Part shown: one piece after another, positions 57,142 to 64,000 of the stretch
How the letters are laid out: each line of letters starts with the position of its first letter
Numbering within the stretch: position 1 is the stretch's first letter
NCBI GenBank assembly: GCA_023409435.1
Contig: JAEYHP010000055.1
Location: 15,773 to 79,772 of the forward strand
DNA: 64,000 bases
Direction of reading: 5' to 3'
Source: Bacillota bacterium
Lineage (GTDB): Bacteria; Bacillota; Clostridia; Christensenellales; CAG-138
Position numbers and translations under genes: made by a program
The notes under the pieces: model-generated
Database searches by the model: none
What the model was told of the DNA's origin: nothing
The model's input: only the letters and a program-made list of their open reading frames with translations

Positions 57142-57961
57142 AGAAAAGGACAATCGCGAACTTAATATCGATCTTCTGCTGCGCAACGTAGCGGAAAAAG
57201 AAAACGAAGCCCTGCCTCTTGAGGACTGGAAGCGCCAGCTGTTTAAAAAGATTGAAAGCGATGAACCGCATCGGGAAGAACAGCCCGCTGCGGAGGACGA
57301 ATTATCCATGGTGGATGAGCTTGCGGCGCGCAGGCACAGGAACATGCGCAGGTTCACAATCGGCTTTTCCACCGTGGCGGCTGCGCTCCTCATCGTATTG
57401 GGAACGCGCCAGTATTGGCAGGAAGATTTCAAGGCGAAATCCGCGCTGCCGCAGGAGGAAATCCGCATGGCGGCGGAAGCGGCGCCCTATGACGCCGCAC
57501 CGTCCGAGGCTGCGCTGCCCGAGGCGCTCTACGCTGCGCCCGAAGCCCCTGCCCTGGAAGCTCCCGCGTCCACGGAAGCGCCTGCGGCGGATATGGCGGG
57601 TACGGGCACACCCGCTCCCGTTGCTCCCGCGCCTTCCATACCGACGGATAATGCTGCGGGCAGCGCCCAAGCGGGCATACTCTCCGGGCCTGCGGAGCTT
57701 ACGCCTGAGCAGAAAAAGGCCATAGACGTACTCAATGCCGCACTCCCTACGGAGCGGGGTAAGGTAGACCCTGCCACGGCGATTGTCGTGCGGCTTGAGC
57801 TCGTCACACTAAAAGTCCGCCCGCTTTCCGGCGGAGAAACGCAGGAAGTGACGCGTACGCTGGTCTATCAGATCACGGTAGGAGCGGATACCGGAGCGGC
57901 AATCACCTATGCGGTGGACGCCGAGACCTATGAGGTCCTGGGCGAAATCGTCGAGGAGTAG
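57134..57961 (+). CDS. putative anti-sigma factor: single-pass membrane protein with Ala/Pro-rich linker and C-terminal PepSY-like domain
   Basis: ATG 57134 overlaps the sigma factor stop. TM is FTIGFSTVAAALLIVLG. Position and coupling suggest an anti-sigma role. No zinc-finger motif seen. Confidence 0.5.
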   Translation: MRKEKDNRELNIDLLLRNVAEKENEALPLEDWKRQLFKKIESDEPHREEQPAAEDELSMVDELAARRHRNMRRFTIGFSTVAAALLIVLGTRQYWQEDFKAKSALPQEEIRMAAEAAPYDAAPSEAALPEALYAAPEAPALEAPASTEAPAADMAGTGTPAPVAPAPSIPTDNAAGSAQAGILSGPAELTPEQKKAIDVLNAALPTERGKVDPATAIVVRLELVTLKVRPLSGGETQEVTRTLVYQITVGADTGAAITYAVDAETYEVLGEIVEE

Positions 57962-57964
57962 CGC

Positions 57965-58333
57965 ATGGAACTAAAACTCCTTGGCGGGGAATTTTCCGTC
58001 TGCAAGCTGAATGGGCCGGAGGAAGTGGATTTTAGTGCGCCGTTTCTGTTTATCGGCAAAACGGATGAGGAAATTTCCCTTGTATGCCCCACGGAATACG
58101 CGCCGCAAAATGCGGCTGCCGCCGAGCACGGCTGGCGCGGCATGCGTATCTGCGGAGAACTGGATTTTTCGCTTACCGGCATATTGGCCCGGCTTGCTGG
58201 TATTTTGGCGCAAAACGGCATTCCGATATTTGCGGTCTCCACCTATAATACGGATTATATCTTCATAAAAAACGATACCCTGTTCCATGCTGTGGATTGT
58301 TTACAGCAGGCAGGGTATCTCTTCGTTTCATAA
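57965..58333 (+). CDS. ACT domain-containing protein (ACT_7-like)
   Basis: 122 aa. Contains GEFSVCKL...ISLVCP...WRGMRICGELDFSLTGILARLAGILAQNGIPIFAVSTYNTDYIFI. Confidence 0.7.
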   Translation: MELKLLGGEFSVCKLNGPEEVDFSAPFLFIGKTDEEISLVCPTEYAPQNAAAAEHGWRGMRICGELDFSLTGILARLAGILAQNGIPIFAVSTYNTDYIFIKNDTLFHAVDCLQQAGYLFVS

Positions 58334-58344
58334 CCGGGTAGGTT

Positions 58345-59034
58345 TCAGGCCTGTTCTTCTTCCTCATAGGGCATGACGTCGCCGCCAATAAAGCTCCGCC
58401 CCGCCGCGTTGCAGGCAGTGAGCACGGAATAGCTTCCGGCCGTTGGGTCCAGCACCCAGTCATTCTCCTCCGTTACCGCCTGGATCAACCGCGTCTGCAG
58501 GCCTACGGGTTTTGCGTGCGGGTGACATTTCGAGGCGGGTTCATGCCAAACGTCCGGCAGCGTATGGTCCCGCCATACGCCCTTGGCGCGCTTGGGGCGT
58601 TTCTGAAGGACGATCAGGTATTCGGCGGTCCGCCGCGTGCGGTATCCCATGCCGATACGCCCCTTGTCCCACACGATCATATCCACCGTCTCAAGTCGCG
58701 TGTCCTCCATCCAGCATGGAATTCCCTCGCACAGGTGGAATTTATCCACCCACAAAAATAGGTGGCCGCTTTTTTTCAATACCCGATCAAACTCCAATAA
58801 AAAGTCGCGGATGAGCGGTTCCTGCATTTGCGGCAGCTTTGCGCGTTCCATGCCTCTTGTGACGCCCTCGTTGCCGTAACTGAGCTTATCTAATACGCCC
58901 CGGTATTGCGGGTCGAAGAATGCCGCGGAAATGCTTTCCTCCCGGATTGCGCCCAACAGAAGCAACCCATCGACGCAGTTGCGCCCACAGGGACGGATCC
59001 GGCAGTTGGGAACCAACGGGGAGGAAAAGGTCAT
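58345..59034 (-). CDS. beta-class (N4/N6) DNA methyltransferase, no restriction partner in view
   Basis: ATG 59034 with RBS aggag 6 nt upstream. The catalytic motif FFDPQY (a DPPY variant) precedes HPHAKPVGLQTRLI and the AdoMet motif VLDPTAGSYSV. Confidence 0.75.
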   Translation of the reverse strand: MTFSSPLVPNCRIRPCGRNCVDGLLLLGAIREESISAAFFDPQYRGVLDKLSYGNEGVTRGMERAKLPQMQEPLIRDFLLEFDRVLKKSGHLFLWVDKFHLCEGIPCWMEDTRLETVDMIVWDKGRIGMGYRTRRTAEYLIVLQKRPKRAKGVWRDHTLPDVWHEPASKCHPHAKPVGLQTRLIQAVTEENDWVLDPTAGSYSVLTACNAAGRSFIGGDVMPYEEEEQA

Positions 59035-59221
59035 GCGGCGCTCCTGCAAAGAAATTTGGGCAGTAGAGTCGATTCAGGTAGATTCAGCTTATTGTACCAT
59101 ATAGTAGTTCGCACGCAATTATTTTTCCAAGAAATTATTAGCAAATTGTTTGTCGAAATCCCAGGTGAGTACGCACTATCCATCGTTTTCGCTTCAGAGG
59201 ATAAAAGCACTGCCGCCGCGC

Positions 59222-59527
59222 TTGCAAAATTCCACGTATTTGTGCTAGAATATTCTCCATACAGGCAATGCGATGACGGAGCCGGGCACTTTTGCTGTGC
59301 ATGGAAAGAGAACGCTGCCGGGAAACCCCCGTGCTGAAAGCAGCGTATGCGGCAAATGATGCGCCCTTTCTCTCCCGAGCGTCCCCGGTGAAGCCCGGTC
59401 TTGGGTGCGTAGTCGGCGGCGGGTAAGCCCGATACAGCGGCAAAGGCTCCGTTTTGCGGGGTGAATTTGGGTGGTACCACGAACGCATGATGCGCATCGT
59501 CCCTTCACGGGACGGTGCGTTTTTTTA
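59222..59527 (+). promoter_or_regulatory. promoter plus T-box leader upstream of pheS-pheT
   Basis: TTGCAA, an 18-nt spacer, then TGcTAGAAT (59222-59251). T-box core aatttgggtggtaccacg at 59464-59481. Terminator gcatcgtcccttcacgggacggtgcgttttttt to 59527. A UUC-containing candidate specifier lies in ccctttctctc. Confidence 0.8.
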
Positions 59528-59562
59528 TTGCAATTATGAATGGATGACAGGAGGCAGGAACG

Positions 59563-60585
59563 ATGCTTGAAACGTTAAAATCCATAGGAGAGCAGGCCTG
59601 GGCGCGCCTGCGGGAAGCCAAGGGGGAAGGCGACATCGAAGCCCTCATGGTAAGTGTGCTTGGCCGCAACGGGACTTTGACCGAGGTGCTGCGCACCATG
59701 GGCAAGCTAGGCCGTGAAGCCCGCGCGGAACTGGGGCAGGAAGCAAACAGATTGAAGCGGGAACTGGAAACGGCAATTTCCGAAAAGCGCGCCGCCATCG
59801 CCGCGGCGGAAAAAGAGCTGCGCTTTCAGCGCGAAACGCTGGATATTACCGAACCCGGCAAGCGGATATTGCCGCGCGGCAGGCTCCACCCCATGACGCA
59901 GACCTACCGGGAAATTCGGGACGCGCTCATCGGCATGGGCTTTATCACGTTTGACGGCCCGGAAGTGGAACTGGATCAATACAATTTCGAGCTGCCCAAC
60001 ATGCCCCCGGACCACCCTGCCCGGGATATGCAGGACACATTCTATATCAACGACAACGTGGTGCTTCGGACCCATACCACCAACTGCGAGCCGAGGGCGC
60101 TGCTGACTATGGAGCCGCCGTTCCGCGTCGTCATCCCCGGCCGCTGCTTCCGCGTGGACGAAGTGGATGCCAGCCACTCCCCGATCTTCATGCAGATGGA
60201 AGGCCTGGTGGTAGATAAAAACATCACCCTGGCGGATCTGAAGGGCACTCTGGAGGCATTCGTGCACGCCGTGTTCGGCGAGGACGTCAAGACAAGGTTC
60301 CGCCCGAGCTATTTCCCGTTCACGGAGCCTTCCGCGGAGCTGGACATCTCCTGCACCATATGCGGCGGCAAAGGCTGCCGCGTGTGCAAGCATACCGGCT
60401 GGCTGGAAATATTGGGCTGCGGCGTCACCAACCCGCACGAAATCGAAAACTGCGGCCTCGACCCGCACGAGTGGAGCGCGTTCGCGTTCGGCCTGGGCGT
60501 GGACCGTGTGACGAGCCTGAAGTACGGCATTACCGACATCCGGCTTGAGTATGAGAACGACGCCCGCTTCCTGAGTCAGTTTTGA
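59563..60585 (+). CDS. pheS: phenylalanine--tRNA ligase alpha subunit
   Basis: 340 aa. Contains HPARDMQDTFY, LRTHTT, FRVDEVDASHSPIFMQMEG, YFPFTEPS and GFAFGLGVDR. Confidence 0.95.
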   Translation: MLETLKSIGEQAWARLREAKGEGDIEALMVSVLGRNGTLTEVLRTMGKLGREARAELGQEANRLKRELETAISEKRAAIAAAEKELRFQRETLDITEPGKRILPRGRLHPMTQTYREIRDALIGMGFITFDGPEVELDQYNFELPNMPPDHPARDMQDTFYINDNVVLRTHTTNCEPRALLTMEPPFRVVIPGRCFRVDEVDASHSPIFMQMEGLVVDKNITLADLKGTLEAFVHAVFGEDVKTRFRPSYFPFTEPSAELDISCTICGGKGCRVCKHTGWLEILGCGVTNPHEIENCGLDPHEWSAFAFGLGVDRVTSLKYGITDIRLEYENDARFLSQF

Positions 60586-60622
60586 TAGATAATGAAAGGT
60601 ATAGTCCCTATAGAATAATGTC

Positions 60623-60664
60623 CGCTTTCTTTTGGTTCTTTTCTTTCGTGGAAAGAAAAGAACC
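60623..60664 (+). repeat. CTTTC-rich hairpin repeat, copy 3 (between pheS and pheT)
   Basis: gctttcttttggttcttttctttcgtggaaagaaaagaacc. Confidence 0.75.
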
Positions 60665-60689
60665 GTCCCCCAAATCTCTGTAAGGAGGA

Positions 60690-63107
60690 TTGACTGATAT
60701 GAAATTGCCTTTGAAATGGCTCAAGGAATATATCGAATACGACGTGACCCATGAGGAATTCGTGGAAAAAATGATGTGGCGCGGGTTCGAAGTTGCGGAT
60801 GTCCTGCCCGAGCTTCCGGACGTTTCCGGCGTCGTGGCCGGACGCGTGCTAAAGGTTGAAGAACATCCCAATGCGGAAAAGCTGCATGTCTGTACCGTGG
60901 ACGCGGGCGAAGGAAGCCTGCGTACCATCGTCTGCGGCGCACCCAACGTATACGAGGGTATGATCGCCCCCGTGGCGCTGCCAGGTGCTACGCTGCCCGG
61001 CGGAATTAGCATATCCCCCACCGTCATGCGCGGGGTGGAGAGCGCTGGCATGCTGTGTTCCGGCAAGGAACTCGGGATAACGGACGCCGATTACCCCGGC
61101 AGCGAGGTGCACGGCCTGCTGGATATTCAGGGCGAGCACGTGCCCGGCCAGCCCATCGCCGCGGCGCTGGGATTGGATGATGTGGTATTCAACATCGAAC
61201 TTACGCCCAACCGGCCGGATTGCCAGAGCATACTGGGTATCTGCCGGGAGGTGGCGGCGGCGCTCGACAAACCTTTCCAAGAACCCGCCATTAAGTCGGT
61301 CAAGGGCGAAGGCCGTGCGGAAGAGTACGCGAAAGTGACGGTGCTGAACACCGAGCTTTGCCCCCGCTACGCCGCGCGCGTGGTGACGGATATCAAAATC
61401 GAGCCTTCCCCCGCCTGGATGCAGAAAAAGCTTCGCAGCGTGGGCCTCAGGCCCATCAACAACATCGTGGACATCACCAACTACGTGATGATCGAATACG
61501 GCCACCCCATGCACGCGTTCGACCTCGCCTGCGTGGCGGACGCGCATATCGTTGTGCGTAACGCGCACGAAAATGAGACCGTACGGACGCTGGACAGCAA
61601 AGACAGGCCCGTGGATCCTTCCATGCTGCTGATCGCGGACCCGCAGAAGGGTGTCGGCATTGCGGGTGTCATGGGCGGCGAGAATTCCGAAATCAAGCCG
61701 GAAACCAAGGCCGTGCTGTTTGAAAGCGCCGTGTTCAAAAACAGCAACATCCGCGCCACCGCAAGGAAGCTCAGGCATATGACGGACGCCGCCGCCCGCT
61801 TCATCAAGGGCGTGGAGCCGGTGAACGCCGGGCTGGCTTTAGACCGCGCCATCGAGCTGGTGGAGGAATTAAAAGCCGGGCGCGTTATCGGCGACGTCAT
61901 CGACGTCTGCGCCGCGAACCTGCATAACCGCGAAGTTAACATCGACGTCGCGCATGTCAACCGCATTTTGAACACCGCCTTTACCGGCAAGGAAATGGCG
62001 GATATGCTGTCTACAATCAATATCTCCTCTACGCCGCGCGGCCAAAAGCTGCTTGTGAGCGTGCCGCATTACCGCACGGATATCGAAAGCGGCATCGAGG
62101 CGGATTGGGATATCGCCGAGGAAATCGCCCGCATCTACGGGTATTACAACATCGCGCCCACCCTCATGCGCGGGGACACGTTCCGCGGCAGGCTGACCCC
62201 GAACTTCCGGCTGGATGATGCCGTCAAGGACAGCCTTGTCGCGCTTGGCGGATATGAAATGTACAACTATAACTTCACCGGTCCCGCGGCGCTTGAAGCG
62301 CTGCGCCTCCCGGCGGAGGATGAAAAGCGTAAGGCCGTGCGCATCGTAAACCCCTTTGGCGAGGATCAGAGCCTCATGCGCACCACGCTGTACATCGGCA
62401 TGCTCAAGTCCGCCGCGCTCAACATCAACCGCCGCACCAGTCAGGGCCGCTTCTTTGAAGTGGGCAACGTCCATATCGACAACAACGATGTGCTGGCCGA
62501 AGAGCGCAAACTGGTGGGCCTCTTATTCATGGGCGAAGGGGAAGACTTCTTCACGCTCAAGGGTGCCGTGGAGCAGCTTCTTGAAGTCCTTCAAATTCCG
62601 GACGTCCGCTTCGTGCGCGGCGGCGGCGCGTACCTGCATCCCGGCCGCGCGGCGCTTGTGTATTCCAGTGATACGCTTGTAGGCGAGCTTGGCGAGGTCC
62701 ATCCGGATACGGCCGCCGCCTTCGATATCGACGCCCGCGTGTACGTTGCGGAACTCTCATTCGCTTCCCTCTTCGCGCTTTCTACCCGCTCCCGCACCTA
62801 CAAGGCGCTGCCGCGCTATCCCGTGGTGCAGCGTGATCTCGCGGTGCTTGTGGAAGAAAGCGTAACGGCGGAAACATTGAAGGCCGCAATCGAAAAAGCC
62901 GGAGGCCTGCCCACAGGCGTGCTGGTGGAGAGCGTGCAGCTATTCGACGTGTTCCGCGGCGGCACAGTGCCCCCGGGTAAGAAAAGCATGGCTTATTCCT
63001 TCACGCTCCGCGCGGAGGACAGAACGCTCAATGACGAGGACATTACGGCTTCCGTGAAAGCGATACTTGATTCGCTCTCTGCCGCGGGCGGCAAGCTCAG
63101 GGAGTGA
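60690..63107 (+). CDS. pheT: phenylalanine--tRNA ligase beta subunit
   Basis: 805 aa. N-terminal MKLPLKWLKEYIEYD, a tRNA-binding OB domain, B3/4 and B5 domains, and a C-terminal FDX-ACB-like domain (YPVVQRDLAVLV...). Confidence 0.95.
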   Translation: MTDMKLPLKWLKEYIEYDVTHEEFVEKMMWRGFEVADVLPELPDVSGVVAGRVLKVEEHPNAEKLHVCTVDAGEGSLRTIVCGAPNVYEGMIAPVALPGATLPGGISISPTVMRGVESAGMLCSGKELGITDADYPGSEVHGLLDIQGEHVPGQPIAAALGLDDVVFNIELTPNRPDCQSILGICREVAAALDKPFQEPAIKSVKGEGRAEEYAKVTVLNTELCPRYAARVVTDIKIEPSPAWMQKKLRSVGLRPINNIVDITNYVMIEYGHPMHAFDLACVADAHIVVRNAHENETVRTLDSKDRPVDPSMLLIADPQKGVGIAGVMGGENSEIKPETKAVLFESAVFKNSNIRATARKLRHMTDAAARFIKGVEPVNAGLALDRAIELVEELKAGRVIGDVIDVCAANLHNREVNIDVAHVNRILNTAFTGKEMADMLSTINISSTPRGQKLLVSVPHYRTDIESGIEADWDIAEEIARIYGYYNIAPTLMRGDTFRGRLTPNFRLDDAVKDSLVALGGYEMYNYNFTGPAALEALRLPAEDEKRKAVRIVNPFGEDQSLMRTTLYIGMLKSAALNINRRTSQGRFFEVGNVHIDNNDVLAEERKLVGLLFMGEGEDFFTLKGAVEQLLEVLQIPDVRFVRGGGAYLHPGRAALVYSSDTLVGELGEVHPDTAAAFDIDARVYVAELSFASLFALSTRSRTYKALPRYPVVQRDLAVLVEESVTAETLKAAIEKAGGLPTGVLVESVQLFDVFRGGTVPPGKKSMAYSFTLRAEDRTLNDEDITASVKAILDSLSAAGGKLRE

Positions 63108-63154
63108 ATAATGAATAATTATTGAGACTCCTTACAGAATTTCAATGAATTAAC

Positions 63155-63190
63155 AAAGGCTCCGTTTCTCACAAGAAATGCGGAGCCTTT
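63155..63190. terminator. bidirectional terminator between pheT and the convergent gene
   Basis: aaaggctccg ... cggagccttt: a 10-bp stem with A/T flanks. Confidence 0.6.
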
Positions 63191-63268
63191 CGCATGGTCT
63201 GTTTTCATTACAAGCAGTCTGTTTTTACCTAAACGGACAATTGCGTTGGTTTTTAAATAGCCCCAAAA

Positions 63269-64000
63269 TTAACTTTTCGGTAAATAAGATATGGAATACT
63301 CCGGCGGCGGGAAATCGTCCGGCAGGATGGTCTCATCCCCATCCTTCAGCTTCGAAAGCACGGTGAAGCCCCATTCGGAGTCGGAGCGTTTGACAATCAG
63401 CCTATAATTGTCGGCGATGATGCCTTTCTTGCTGATTGACGCTCCAGACATCCATCTGTCGTCCACATCAAAGGAAAGATAAAAGGTATCATTGCCAAGA
63501 TATTGGTATGCGCTCAAGTAATACTCCGGGTATTCCGGGTCACCGGCCCATATATAGTACGTGCCGTCTTTGCAAATGATCCGCTCATCTTCTTCGTCCC
63601 CATAGTTTGCGTTTGCATCCGGGATATCCATGTTAATGATACTGCGGACCAGCGCGGATGCTTTTTTAGAAGAAAAGGATAATTGATACTCCCCTATGTC
63701 ATCCGGAGGAGAAGGTAGTTTCTCATAGAATGCCTGATGATAGTAACTGTACAGGATGGAAATGCTATTCCATTTTTCAAGCTCATCAGGGTGAAAATAG
63801 GGGTCAATATAAGAAACCCTGTCGGCGAGGTCGTTCAGTTTCGTACTTTCCAAGGCGTTAATTTCCTGCTGCGTTATATCTTTCTCCATTCTTTGTTTCA
63901 GCCATTTGGTGGCGCGCGCATTGATATGCTGCTGTTCATTATAGAATGCGGACCGGTTGATCAAATGAGCAATGCCTTCGGGTCGGCAAACATCGGGCAG
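63269..64000 (-). CDS. hypothetical protein, 5' end possibly beyond the window
   Basis: The frame stays open upstream of the TTG at 63964 up to the window edge. AT-richer composition. No motif recognised. Confidence 0.5.
   Translation of the reverse strand: MPDVCRPEGIAHLINRSAFYNEQQHINARATKWLKQRMEKDITQQEINALESTKLNDLADRVSYIDPYFHPDELEKWNSISILYSYYHQAFYEKLPSPPDDIGEYQLSFSSKKASALVRSIINMDIPDANANYGDEEDERIICKDGTYYIWAGDPEYPEYYLSAYQYLGNDTFYLSFDVDDRWMSGASISKKGIIADNYRLIVKRSDSEWGFTVLSKLKDGDETILPDDFPPPEYSISYLPKS

Overview
This is a GC-rich Bacillota (Clostridia-like) chromosomal segment. That placement rests on T-box leaders, AddAB, single-chain GlyQS, a two-subunit class I fumarate hydratase, a tandem glycine riboswitch and GGAGG ribosome-binding sites. 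Most of the window is core housekeeping: metG 3' end, tatD, addB-addA, T-box-glyQS, deoC, potABCD, gcvT-H-PA-PB, deoD, rpmG-secE-nusG-rplKAJL and T-box-pheST. Five things stand out. (1) A visibly AT-richer five-gene island at about 45.35-49.25 kb encodes a 486-aa protein with tandem 88-aa repeats and a C-terminal glycine-zipper membrane module. It is followed by a DUF4176-type small protein (a family known from type VIIb secretion and LXG toxin loci), two soluble orphan cassettes with near-identical terminators, and a translationally coupled 4-TM protein. I read this as a toxin/immunity-like module that I cannot assign to a described family, and no secretion apparatus is in view. (2) A single 1082-aa polypeptide fuses an adenylation domain, an ACP and a PLP alpha-oxoamine synthase (39780-43028), followed by a wHTH regulator and an MFS exporter. 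(3) Two conserved genes carry single in-frame stop codons at conserved positions: glyQS has TGA where Cys is expected, and the fumarate hydratase alpha subunit has TAA where Tyr is expected. (4) A dispersed, modular family of short GC-rich hairpin repeats fills many intergenic regions, including sites inside operons, and shows compensatory stem changes between copies. (5) Smaller accessory items are a membrane-anchored double-DTG retropepsin-like protein, a lipoprotein serpin next to an ECF sigma/anti-sigma pair, and an orphan beta-class DNA methyltransferase. I found no rRNA, tRNA, CRISPR array, transposase or integrase. All calls come from reading the ORF translations and the sequence by eye. 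No database search, HMM search or GC calculation was run.
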